Origin: Daphnia carinata
Taxonomy: Eukaryota
Direction: 5' to 3'
Assembly: GCF_022539665.2 (NCBI RefSeq)
Contig: NC_081331.1
Coordinates: 8,556,001-8,620,000, forward strand
Length of the DNA: 64,000 nt
Position 1 is the stretch's first letter, and each line of letters begins with the position of its first letter. The notes below the pieces were generated by a model. It saw nothing but the letters and a program-made list of their open reading frames with translations. It made no database searches and had not been told where the DNA came from. Positions 25,080 to 39,800 of this stretch are shown here, in pieces. The position numbers and the translations under genes are program-made.

Positions 25080-26232
25080 CTCCTCTGCGGATGAAAATGC
25101 CCCCCTATCGTTGAATAGGAAAATTGAGTTAGATTTTAGACTGAGTTTAAGCATTTGGTAAATTGCGAATTGGTAAATTGCGAATTTTAGAACCGCCCTT
25201 TGCGCGGTTGAATAACTAAAGGGCTCTATAATCGAGCAGCTGAACTGAGAGCGATCTATCGTCGATTTATTTATCACTCAGATTTCGATGGTATCAAAAT
25301 GTGGAAGCGTACAGCACAGGGCAATCTCTATGATTATATTACTATGATACGATTGGTCATTATTTTGGATATATTATTCTGTAAACTGTAATTAATAAGT
25401 GGGCCGCAACAAAACGACACAAAAAGTGTCATTTTGTAACATAGTTATTAAAAAATACTGGCTTCATTAAGGCGTTAAAGGGCTTCATTAAAGAGATAAG
25501 TAACATAATAACTGATTTTGTTCTATGGTTTTCCGTCTGAATCCGTTGGAAGGCAATTATTTTACATAGGGTCATTAAACCTATTTGTACCTGTTTAAAA
25601 TAGCTAAAACCAATTGCATTAACATTTCTTTGGATGTTGAAAGTGCGTATACCGTAAATTCCCACCACGAAACATGTATTTAGTTGAAAATACAGCTGAA
25701 ACATGGCGATGAAAAATCGGTTCAATAATTGAGCAGGTTCCATAGCTAGGTGGTTCTATAAAATGGATCGACATTGCATTGAGTTCCTTTAGGTCTAACG
25801 AAACCACAAGGCCTCCTTCAGCAACGATTAATTTTCTTATTTCGCGAAGCATTTTAATGGTATGAACCAATATTTTATAAGCCTATTTCCTCTTTTATAC
25901 CGACAGCTTAAATGAAAATAAGGATTAAAACAAACGTTGTGCATGCCATTATTCAGCAATTAGTTACCATGGTAACGAGACTTCCCATCATATAGTTTGC
26001 TTCTCGCAGCCCAGTAGAAAAAATATTTTAGTATTTTGTTGCCTTATAAATGCCTAACGGCAAGTTGTCCCCTCCCACAGTGATATAAAGATGAGAACCC
26101 ACTAATTTGAGTATGGTTTCCATAGTAATTTCAAACAGGGCTTTTTCGCAGTTTGCCACATGTTTAAATTCGGCCTAAAATTCTATGCAATTGTCCTATT
26201 TGCCAAAAGGGGGCATTTTCATTTGAAGACGG
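25080..26232. mobile_element. decayed TIR DNA element related to the Tc1/mariner at 40157-41672
   Basis: 25080-25170 (atgaaaatgccccc..aatagga.aattg..attttag) is an imperfect reverse complement of 26140-26232. 25960-26130 resembles 41380-41540. Confidence 0.55.
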
Positions 26233-26800
26233 TGTTCGGTGAATTAGTCGTTAGATAGTGTGCCGAAATATGTCATGGCGACTTTCTCTATTTCTTGTCC
26301 CATCTCCCTATCTCTGGTCTTGATAAGGAATTATAAATAATATAGATTTACATGAAAATGGTAATGCTTAAGAGAAAACCTGCTAATGAACCATCCATCC
26401 TTTGCTTAATGCCGGTCATTGTCAGAAAATCTGACGTCCGACCCTCAGTCAGAGGTCCAGGCCGGGACTTTGAGAGAGAATCTGGGTGAGACCCCGGTGA
26501 ACGGAGAGACGGAAACGTCAGGTGGAGAAATCCAGCCAAGTTCCGCGAAGTAAAATAGATCTACCGTACAACGGGACAAGAGTTGAGCGTGGCCGGGGGA
26601 AAGACCGCCTGCGCCGCATGATGGAATAATGAGGAAATAGGGAACCCTGAATATGATATTGATGTCTGTTAACGTCCTTCTCATCTATATGGAACGGTCC
26701 CTAGCGAGAAGAGGCCAAGCCAAACATCAAGAACAAACGGAAGAAAGGAGGATAGTAGCCGCCAAGAAATCCCCTCGAGCCACGGGAAGGGGAAACATGG

Positions 26801-27162
26801 TGTCACCGATTTGATCGGTAGAGGCAAAACCCCTAGGGCTCCCTTATATGTTCGACTTTCTTTTGTTTTCCTTCTGGTCTTCTTGGAGCCATATGGAGTT
26901 CGACCTAGTCAGTCTAAGTCTCATTTTTGTCCCTTTAAGTCGTCAGTCAGTCTCATTTGTGTGTTTTTTTAGTCTTCTTTCTGCTCCCTTTAGAGTCGAC
27001 ATTCACGTCGAAATCCCCTCTTGTCCAACGAAGTGTTCCTTGTTTTCAGTTTAATACAAGTATCTCAAACTTCGTCAGTTTCATTTTGACAATACAGGGA
27101 ATTAAGGGCTTAAAGACTGACATTTAAAAAGCTATTGCCATTCTCTCTCGAGATACGCAACA
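26801..27162 (+). repeat. BEL-B 5' LTR (362 bp)
   Basis: TGTCACCG...GCAACA, matching 33252-33615. Confidence 0.95.
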
Positions 27163-27164
27163 AA

Positions 27165-27182
27165 TGGTGCCGAAACCCGGGA
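27165..27182 (+). promoter_or_regulatory. primer-binding site, tRNA-Phe
   Basis: TGGTGCCGAAACCCGGGA, the 18-nt complement of the eukaryotic tRNA-Phe 3' end, 2 nt after the LTR. Confidence 0.9.
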
Positions 27183-27361
27183 CTCTGGAAATTGACTAGT
27201 ATAAATCTCCATTTCCAGCTGTCCAACTTTGTACTGTAGCGACCTCGTGTTGTTCACGTTCCGTGTCCACGCTGGTCGACCAACCGTTCGAACTGTATCC
27301 GTTTATATCGTCTACATCTTGTGTCTGTTAAGCATTTGTGCTACTCTACTTCAATTGCAAG

Positions 27362-30300
27362 ATGAGTGAGACCCAAGGAATTGCCACGAATCCCACCAAG
27401 GAAGAACCTACAACGGCCGTAAAAACCGCTGAGTCGGGGCCGGTTTACCATGGAGGAAGTACAGGAGTCATCTCAAAACTCACCAAGGAAGAATCTGAAG
27501 TAGCCTTTAAAATCGCTGAGCCGGGGCCAGATCGCAATGGTGGAAATATGAGTCATGACTTGTCAATTCCCAGTGTTACTCAATCACGAGGTCTACGGAA
27601 GAGGGAGCATACCACGCTGTCGACCAGGATCCACGACTGTATCCGCCAACATCGTCAAGGCATTCGTCTCAGCAAAGGCCAATTGAGCATCTGGCGCACC
27701 GAACTCGTTCGCGCATTACCCCATCCTCACCACCACGGGCAGTCAACCTGTTGGAGCAATGCAGAAGAGTCGGGACAAGAGAGCGAAGCAAATAGACAGA
27801 AAAATAGGGGCAAAGAACTATCGATATGTCCAACGATCCATCGTTTAGCACCCAGCAACAGTCAAAGAGCGACCCAAAATCTGATTCTAGTCTCATCTGC
27901 CAACTTGTCGATTCTTTGAAAATGTCAGCACTTCCACCTCTCACCATCACCAAGTTAGACGGGAACTCGTTGAACTACCAAATGTTCAAGTCGAAGTTTA
28001 TGACGCTGTACCACAAACGGTGCAGCGACAATTTAATTCGACTAGCGCATCTGCAGGAGTTGCTTGCTACGCATGTTCTTAACTTGGTAGCTGATTGTGT
28101 GCACGACCCAAGCAAGTACGAAGTGGTCTGGCATCGACTCGATCAAGAATATGGCCGCACCACTATCATGGCTCAAACGCATCTGAATAATCTCCTTCGA
28201 CTTCCGTCTGTGCAGCCGAACGACAGCGCCAGTTTGAAGACATTCTCCAACAAGCTTCACGGAGCAGTCTCCGCCCTGTCAAACAAAGGACTTGCGAGCG
28301 AGCTGGAATCGCTGGGCAACCTCATGCACGTCGTCACCAAACTGCCGAAGACCTTGAGGGAAAGATGGGGAGGAAAGGTGATGAAGATGCATCCCGCTGT
28401 ACCTTCAATTGTCGATCTGGACGACTGGTTAACCCTCCAGTCGAAGGGTTCAGATTTCGCAAAATTAATGGCGGGGCTGTCAACATTTCCTAAAATTCCA
28501 CCAGTCGTGCCCAAGAAGAATGGGAAAGGGTATCCAACTCCTTATGTTTCGACCATCAATCACGTCACCACCTCAATGTCTGAAACAAACTTGCTGCAAA
28601 CAAAAGGAGGAGGTTTGCGGGTGAAACCACCCAATACAACCTCGTTTAGCCAAACAAGAGGCAGCCCAACATGCTTTGTTTGCAAAGAGTCAATCCACAG
28701 AATTGGAGAGTGTAACACTTTCAAGTAGATGTCTCCAACGCAAAGAGCGGAGACAGTCTTCAAAGCAGGCAGGTGTCTCCGATGCCTTATGGGAAAACAC
28801 ATAAGTCGACTCTGCAGACAGAAATCGATTCGATGTACGGTCGAAGGATGCAAGTATCCGGGGCACTCGACGTTACTTCATGGTTCCGAGTTTTCGACAA
28901 GAACCAATGCAAGCATCTCCAGTGACTACAAGACTACATCAGAATCGAAACCACCGCGTCGAGTAACTTTCGACAACAAAGTCGACGAAGCCTTCCTTGG
29001 TGCCGTATCACGCACTGGGTTAAACACACCACGCCAAGTGCTTTTCAAAATTGTTCCTGTTCGTCTACAACAGGGAGAGAAGGTCTTCCATACCTTTGGA
29101 TTTTTAGACAGCGGAAGCGACTCCACCTTAATCCGAAGTGATGTGGCCAGAACTCAAGTAGGTTTATCAGGGCCAACAACGAAGATCAACGTGACCTCTT
29201 ACGACGGAGGGGGGGTTACGCCAGTCAATGCTCACATCGTGGACTTCGTCATCAGTTCGCGAGACGGGTCGACGTCGTTCCAAGCAAGAAGGGCGTATGC
29301 AGTAGATAATCTACAAGTTGCTCAAAATCCAACCTTCTCGAGCGTACAAGCTAAGGCGTTCCCACACCTGCAAGGCCTGAAGCTCCCGGAAGTCCAATCC
29401 GACCAAGTAATGGTTCTAATTGGTCTCGATGTAGCAGACGCTCACGACCATAGTGAATCGCGTAAACCAATGGATGGGTCGACTAGACCGGTGGCTTTCA
29501 ATACGCCGTTTGGATGGTGCCTAGGAGGCAAAGTGGGCCCGCAAAGCGAACATGAGCAAACAAGCCATTATGTAGCTCACATCGCATCGACGGAAGAGGA
29601 AAGGAGCCTTTCCGAACTTGTCGAGCGTTTTTGGAGGCTGGAGGCGAAGGACGCTGCACAGCCTCCCCCACTCATGTCAGCAGACGACCGCCGGGGAGAG
29701 GAGATTCTGAAGAGGACCACCAGATACATCAGGAATCATCATTAAGTCGGTCTGATGTGGAAGGTCGACAATCCAGAGTTACCAGACAACCGCAGTATGG
29801 CGCTAAGCCGCCTTTTCCAAATTGAACGACGCTTCAGGAGAGACCCCAGCTACGCCAAACGATATGACGATGTCATTCAAGAATACATCAATCTTGGCCA
29901 TGCTCGTCTGTTGTCTACTGAAGAAGCCAAAAGAAGAACACCAAAAACAAATTACATGCCTCATCATGGTGTTCAAAGTGCGAACAGCTTGACGACAAAA
30001 ACAAGAGTGGTCTTCGACTGTTCAGCAGAATGAGAGGGTACTTCCTTGAACAAAAATCTTCTTCGTGGTCCGAACTACCTCCTAAACTTGCTTGGAATAA
30101 TCTTGCGCTTCCGCAAGCATCAAATTCCTATCAGTAGCGACATCGAGAAGATGTATCACCAAGTTTTAGTCCCAGAAGAAGATCAAGATGCCTTTCGATT
30201 TTTGTACCGGTCGCCGGAAAGCACGTCGCCACCGCTTACCTACAGAATGACAGTCCATGTCTTCGGAGCCGTCTCGTCGCCGTCAACTTGTTTGTTTGCC

Positions 30301-32320
30301 TTAAACAAAATAGGCGAAGACAACAAAACGAAATTTCCAGATGCACGCCATAATAATTTGCCGCGAGATGAACCTTGATCTGAGCCAAATCACGTTTCAC
30401 GTCGACTTCCAGACAGTTCTTAGATGGATCCACTCTGCCAACGTCAAATACGAAGTGTTTGTGGTCAATCGAATTGGAAAGATTCTAATGAACACCGACT
30501 GTCGACAATGGCGTCACGTTCCAGGAGTCATGAATCCAGCAGACGTCTGCAGTAGAGGATTGGATCCCGACAACCTCAAGGAATTGCAGCAGTTCCATCA
30601 AGGACCAGCCTTTCTGTTGTTGGAACCTCCATTATGGCCAAAGTGGGATTAGATTGAACAAAACGACCATCAGGATCCCGAAGCCATTCATGTCTACACA
30701 ACGAAAACGGAGCCCAATGATAACGTGATTGACCAGTGCGTAGAATATTATTCAAACAAAGTGCGCCTGGAGCGAGTGCTTGCGTGGTGTTTGCGTTTCG
30801 TTGCAAACTGTTGTGCCAAAGTGAAGAATGTGAAGGTAACTTCAGGAGAACTGACGCCAGTCGAAACTGAAGCAGCTTTGGCCATGTGCATTCAACGTGC
30901 ACAAGAAGTGGCATACCCCGAAGATGTGTTGTTCTTAAAAGGGGGAAAGGAACTGCCAAACCGGTCGAAAATCAAGCAGTTTCGACCATTCATCGATGAA
31001 CAACACCTAATGCGAGTGGGTGGTCGAATTGGTCAAGCACCCGTTGACTATGTAACAAGACATCCAGTGATTTTACCTCCAGAGGAACGGATCACAAGTC
31101 TAATAGTCTGGGATGCTCACTTTCGAAATTACCACATTAAAGCCGACCGTTTATTGTGCGAACTTCGAACAATGTATTGGATAACCGCTGGACGAAGAGT
31201 AATCAAATCCTTACTCAACAAGTGTATTCCCTGCAAGCAGAGAAACGCACAACCAATCGCACCACTCATGGCTCAGCTACCCGTTCATCGCATAACACCT
31301 TTCTTGCCTCCATTCGTCCATACAGGAGTTGACTACTTTGGCCCTCTGACTGTCAAAATAGGAGGAAGAGGGCGACGGCACGAGAAAAGATGGATTTGCC
31401 TTTTCACGTGTCTCACGACTATAGCAGTACATCTAGAAGTGAGTGCCAGCCTCAGTGCCGAGGCATTTTTATTGGCTTTTTCTCGATTCTTCAGCATAAG
31501 GGGAAAGCCAGCCGTTGTGTATAGCGACAACGGCACAAATTTTGTAGCTGGAGAAAGGGAGTTGAACGAGGCAGTCGAAGATTTACACAACAGCAAAGAC
31601 TACCTGGAAGCACAGTTCACTTGTCGACACATCGAGTGGCGTTTTTCTCCGCCAAGTGGACCTCACTTCGGGGGAGTTTGGGAGAGGCTCGTGCAATCGT
31701 GCAAAAGAGCCATGAAAGTGACGCTCGGAAACAGTGTCTTAAGTGACCAACTCTTAAATACTGTTGTGGCTGAGATCGGGGCATTACTTAATGCTCGGCC
31801 GCTAACTCATCTCAGCGTAAACTCCGAAGATCCCGACCCTCTCACTCCAAACCATTTTTTACACGCTAGACCAATGCCGTACATCCCGCTGGCATTCGTC
31901 GATCTTGACAATACGAACATCTCAAAAAACCAGTTCACGCAAAGTCAGCTCATTGTCAATCATTACTGGAAGAGATGGATCACCGAATGTCTACCGTACC
32001 TCACCGAAAGGAAAAAATGGGCAAAGAGTCACAAAAACATCGAAGTGAACGATATTGTACTCGTTGTCGATCCATTAACTCCTCGGGGGCAGTGGCCATT
32101 GGGAAAGGTAGTCGAAATTTGACCTAGCGTGTCTGATAATGTCGTACGCGTAACTAAAGTAAAAATTTCCGGCGCAAAAAATACCTTAACTCGTCCCGTG
32201 ACTAGATTATGCGTGCTGTTAACGCAAAACGAAATCCCATCTGAAACGGGCCAGACACCCTCACTGCCAAACTCGCTTAAATGCGAAAAGGAAGAAAAAA
32301 AACCCATCCAATTACTGTAG
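27362..32320 (+). pseudogene. BEL-B gag-pol with frameshifts, stops (28726, 29743, 30031, 30650, 32120) and an internal RT/RNase H deletion near 30343
   Basis: DUF1759-like gag, CFVC..H..C/CLRC..H..C/C..C..H knuckles, FLDSGSDSTL protease, DIEKMYHQV..HVFGAVSSP RT (YVDD absent), HVPG.MNPAD.SRG, GVDYFGP..YSDNGTNF..PHFGGVWERL integrase. Confidence 0.9.
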
Positions 32321-32548
32321 TTGACAATACACGTGAGATTGCCTAGGACCGCCCTCTAGTAAGACCCTTAGGCAATTCACTCTTGCGAACGTCGTCTGCC
32401 ACATTGTGAAAATTCCAGTCATCAGTGCTAGTCGACCCTCTCAAGTGTCTCAATTCTTCGTAGTGTCGAACCTGTGCCAAACAAACTTGTGTCGAACTAA
32501 AGTGCCAGTGACTTTCCTCGAAACTGCCAGCAAAAATGAAAATAGTGA

Positions 32549-33130
32549 TATGATAATTTAGACGAGTTAGAAGATCGTCAGGAGAAGTTATCACTTCAGC
32601 TCAAAGGTGTACTGCAAAGTTTCGACCGCAAAGAAAAGGAGGCATGGACGTTGTTAACGTATCGTCCTTTAGATGCCAGTGCAGTACAAGAAACTCTCTG
32701 CGCGCTAATTTGCCGTCGAAATTATATTGCAAAACAGATCTGTGAGGAAATCATAGCGACCATCCCACCACGCTATTCCTCGAGGGAAGAATCTCCACCA
32801 TCCACTCCCACGCTTTCACTACCCGCTGTAATCGCTCCACGCTTTACGCCATCTGTGCCGTGTTTCGTGGATCATGTGGAATTGGTGCCGCCACACAACA
32901 TCAACCAGTGCAAGATCTTCCTCGAGCAAATGACCGCCACCGAACGAGCAAGATTGATCGCCAAGCACTCGTTATGTTTCCGCTGTTGGGAGAGGGGGGA
33001 CTTCATCGGGGAAAAGAAGCATGTAGGAGCTAGCTGCAATCACATGCGACATTGCTTTCTCTGTGACAGCGCCACCCACCATCAGCTGCTTTGTAAAGCA
33101 AATTTCGTTACTCGTCAGAGTAACCAGTAG
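32549..33130 (+). CDS. accessory ORF of BEL-B: helical N-terminus, Pro-rich linker and BEL-gag-like Cys/His zinc-knuckle cluster; start probably frameshifted
   Basis: Stop-free frame 32549-33130 between the pol stop (32320) and the 3' LTR (33252): ..LDELEDRQEKLSLQL..PPSTPTLSLP..PCFV..HNINQC..ERARLIAKHSLCFRC..H...C...CFLC...HHQLLC. Confidence 0.65.
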   Translation, partial: YDNLDELEDRQEKLSLQLKGVLQSFDRKEKEAWTLLTYRPLDASAVQETLCALICRRNYIAKQICEEIIATIPPRYSSREESPPSTPTLSLPAVIAPRFTPSVPCFVDHVELVPPHNINQCKIFLEQMTATERARLIAKHSLCFRCWERGDFIGEKKHVGASCNHMRHCFLCDSATHHQLLCKANFVTRQSNQ

Positions 33131-33251
33131 TGTGGTGCCCAGTCGACCTCCTTTGTTCGCCTTCGAAATCTGGCAATCCCTTTGTTTTCTCATGCTATGA
33201 ACTGTTTCCTTAACTAAAATTTGTTTGTCGAAGTGACAAACAAGGGCCCGC

Positions 33252-33615
33252 TGTCACCGATTTGATCGGTAGAGGCAAACCCCCTAGAGGGCTCCCTTAT
33301 ATGTTCGACTTTCTTTTGTTTTCTTTCTGGTCTTCTTGGAGCCATATGGAGTTCGACCTAGTCAGTCTAAGTCTCATTTTTGTCCCTTTAAGTCGTCAGT
33401 CAGTCTCATTTTTGTGTTTTTTTAGTCTTCTTTCTGCTCCCTTTAGAGTCGACATTCACGTCGAAATCCTCTCTTGTCCAACGAAGTGTTCCTTGTTTTC
33501 AGTTTAATACAAGTATCTCAAACTTCGTCAGTTTCATTTTGACAAGACAGGGAATTAAGGGCTTAAAGACTGACATTTAAAAAGCTATTGCCATTCTCTC
33601 TCGAGATACGCAACA
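33252..33615 (+). repeat. BEL-B 3' LTR (364 bp)
   Basis: Matches 26801-27162. Confidence 0.95.
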
Positions 33616-34879
33616 TATGGAGAGTCGTAGAAAGGGGTTATCCCGCGGTCAACAGAAAGAAGAGTCAGCGACGACCTCTGGACCAGCGTTAAAACTTTTG
33701 TTAAATTAATTATTTCACATGTCAACGGTGGTTTTTGGTATGGGTATATAAGGGCCGAATTTAGGCCCAAGTAATACACACACATTTTTGCACCGGAGCT
33801 GTCTACTGCTCTCTGGTAAAATTTCTCTTTAGTATTTTCTCTTGTTGCTGTTTGTGCCTGCTGTGTCGCTCGTGCCGCTGTTCTTGCCGCTGTCCGTCGC
33901 CGTGCCCCGTGCCCGTCGTCCGCCGCTTCGCAGTTACCATCACCAACTTCGCTTCCACCGCCTCAGCACCACCGGAATCCAATCCACACTCGTCTAAGAG
34001 TGAACATATAATTTCTTTCCATTTATTGATCTTTCCTTTCTTTAGGTCCGGTCCCTTACTGGTGCTGTCGTGTGTCACGGCCCAGAAGCCCGCCTTGCAA
34101 TTGGTCGCGTTCCCCATAAGGGACCGTCCCTATACTTACACGGCGACTCTTGATCGAGACGCCGCCCTAATACGCTGGCTCCTTACAAGGGCTAGGCCTC
34201 TACAACTACCCGTAGAATCACAGCACTGAGTCGGCAGTCTCCGACGGTGGAAGATATTCCACAGTCATCCTTCTTACCCATGAACATTTTATTTCTATTC
34301 GTGCTAATCACTTTCTTTTTTGTGATAAAAAATTACTTGTACCCGACTCCATAGTTTACTGTGTATTTACTGTTGCATAATTAAACTAAGAAGCTATTGT
34401 ATAAAAAAAGTAGCCTACACAAAAAAATTTAAGATTCTATTTAAGACGCAGGCCTTTTTGTTTTCTAATTGCAATATTTGTGTTTTAATCGAAAACAAAT
34501 ACAAAAGACTGTCTTGTTTATTAACTGTTTTTTTCCGTGGAAAATAATTTTGGATGTTTGAATAAACCTCACCCATTCTGAATAGGACTCTCATCATATT
34601 TGGTGGGCGGCTCAAAATGTGTGAGTGGTTGGCAGACGAAAACCAAGGAAATCAACAGATGCTTTGTATAGTGTAGACAACTATTATTCCGCACCTGACA
34701 GTTCACAGTTTATCCAGTCTGCGATCTTATTTTCCTGTGGCTCCTTGGCTACATAGTTTTATTTTCTGATTTTCGTCTGCCGATTTACTTACAAATTTTA
34801 GACCGCCCAAGGCCCAAGTAACCAACAGCCATTTGTCTTGAAGTGGAAACCCTCAGAAAATTTTTTATTCTTGTCTACA

Positions 34880-37884
<3,005 letters not shown>

Positions 37885-38039
37885 CTTTCGCCGAATACCA
37901 AGAACGGCGCAGTGGAATCCTCCAGAATTTGAGATATTTTCGCGTGTTTATTTTTTTTTTTGTCGTTTTAAACTTTAAAGTCTCAATGTACGTACGTCGA
38001 ATTACATTTCATAAAACCAAATTGTGGTAGTATAGCGTT

Positions 38040-39167
38040 CTAAACCGAATTCGTAACGTCTTTCTTTTGTCGTTTCTTGGCGCGAATGTCATCTAAAGTT
38101 TGTTCAATTGAACGCTGATCTTTCTTATTTTCGGACGACACAAAGCCGTATTTTCGATTGACTTGAGTTACCTTGGTTGCCTCCTTCACCTGTTCGCTTC
38201 CTGTTTTACACCGTTGTTAAAAGAAAACAGAAATTAAGCAAATAGAAACAAAAACTTCCTAAAACAACAACAAAGACGTCTTCCAGTTGTAATGGCTTAC
38301 CGAATAATCGATCGTACTTGGCTGAATAGTGTGCCACTGCGGCAGACTCACTTTTAGAAGAGGGCAGTTGGTCAACTTCTGGCTTGCATTCTTCGTTTTC
38401 CTTAAAAATATTCATCGTTTAAAGGGAAAAAGAATAATAAGCTTCTATAGTGATATGGTGTTCAATTTAAAACCCAGTACCTCTTCCGCTAACTTTGGCT
38501 TCCATTCCAAACCCCTCCTGTAAGCGGACAATTCCTCTTGACAGGGAGTGAATTCCTTTTTGTAGACAACCACATGTCTATCAACATCTTCTTCACCAAA
38601 GGAAAATGCAGAAAGCCCTGCAGTTTCAGCAATTTCATGACTATGGTTGGACAATATTAACAATCAAATAATCTTGGGATCTGCTGTAACAGAATTGGGG
38701 ATTTATACAAATACATTATGCTACGCTGTATTTTATTCATTGGTGGTAAAGTGATTTTCTCTAAGGCATTATCCAGCATAAAGTCAGCTACTTTGGTTTG
38801 CATCTATCAACCATAAGAATTTATAATAAGAACCATTACTATGCGCTTGATTCAAAATGAACTATTTTTTAAAGAAGTAATCGGAAATACCTTTTTCTGA
38901 AAATTTCTTAGAAGAGCACGTTCCTCATTTTGCCTCTCAATTAACTTTTCGGCTTGTTCTGAAAAACATACGAAACAGGAAAACAAACCCAAACAAAAAC
39001 AATGAAAATATTTGTGTAAACAACTATAGGCTAAAAGCTTAAGTTTCACGTTGGGAGCAGTGGAAAAAGAAATTGTTTTTCCTACTTCTAGTTGCTTTTC
39101 TTTGCTGCTCATCAAGGGAAGGAGGCTTTGTCATCTTATTTAATATTGACCCGAGCAAGTCTTCCAT
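38040..39167 (-). CDS. SPAG7: sperm-associated antigen 7 homolog (R3H domain), 219 aa; exons 39167-39086, 38958-38891, 38803-38715, 38640-38481, 38400-38301, 38200-38040
   Basis: The spliced frame (660 nt, GT-AG) reads [111 protein letters not shown], matching SPAG7 signature segments from memory. Confidence 0.92.
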
Positions 39168-39424
39168 TTGTATATCGTAGAAATTATTTCTTTAAACAAT
39201 CGGACAGCACTCAAGACTATTGAATAACAAAAACAAGAACCCTAAAACATGAAAGCGACAAATGGAAAGTTCATAACTAAAAAGCACATTTTTTTTTGCG
39301 GAGTCTCAGTACTTGGACAAAGAACTTTCTCAGATGCACAGTTCCGAAAGGTTAAATCAGATTCAATTCCCCAAGGACAGAGATGAGTTATGTTGGGATA
39401 TAGGAAAATGCGGAAAAACTAATA

Positions 39425-39800
39425 GTTGAACTAGTTGCCAAAAGGACAAGGTTTTCCTATGCTTGGCCTTTTGCCCCTACAATTGGACAAACTGTTCGCG
39501 ACAGTAGGACATCTGTCTAGCGACATTTGGACTATTGCTACCCGACGTTTGTATGCGACAACAAAAAGTTGTTGAACCAAGCAACCCCTTATTATGCGAC
39601 AAGTAGACTCCCATGCCAGCGATGTTTGGATTTTTTTTTGTTTGTATTGAATGAATAAGGTGTTCATAATTAACTATGATTATTGTATAGACATTTTTGT
39701 TCGGGTTTGTCGGGTCGTAAACTAAGATATTGTTATTGTAGAAGAAAAGTATAATTGCAATTATGTGGTTTTAAAGTTACCTGCATTAATTATTATTAAT
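39425..39800 (-). repeat. one arm plus spacer of the foldback element family at 54265-55190, lying just upstream of SPAG7
   Basis: ggacatctgtctagcgacatttggac...gcgacaagtagactcccatgccagcg...ttttgttcgggtttgtcggg aligns to the reverse complement of ~54780-55165. Confidence 0.75.

Larger units (their letters stand above)
26801..33615 (+). mobile_element. BEL/Pao LTR retrotransposon (BEL-B), defective, with an extra 3' ORF
   Basis: LTRs 26801-27162 and 33252-33615 differ by ~5 substitutions and a 2-bp indel. TSD CATGG/TATGG (1 mismatch), tRNA-Phe PBS, BEL gag/pol motifs. Confidence 0.95.
26420..34263 (+). mobile_element. ~1024-bp solo LTR (26420-26800 plus 33621-34263) split by the BEL-B insertion
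   Basis: Starts TGTCAGAAAATCTGACG and ends GATATTCCACA, with a perfect 5-bp TSD GTCAT (26415-26419, 34264-34268). Homologous to 43059-44067(-) and 22833-23420. Confidence 0.9.

Noticed and set aside
26848..27054. Hydrophobic ORF repeated at 33262-33507
   Set aside because: T-rich LTR sequence; the duplication is explained by the LTR pair.
33852..34229. Cys/Pro-rich ORF similar to ORFs at 43237-43707
   Set aside because: GC-rich low-complexity part of the same LTR family; no ATG start and no consistent frame.
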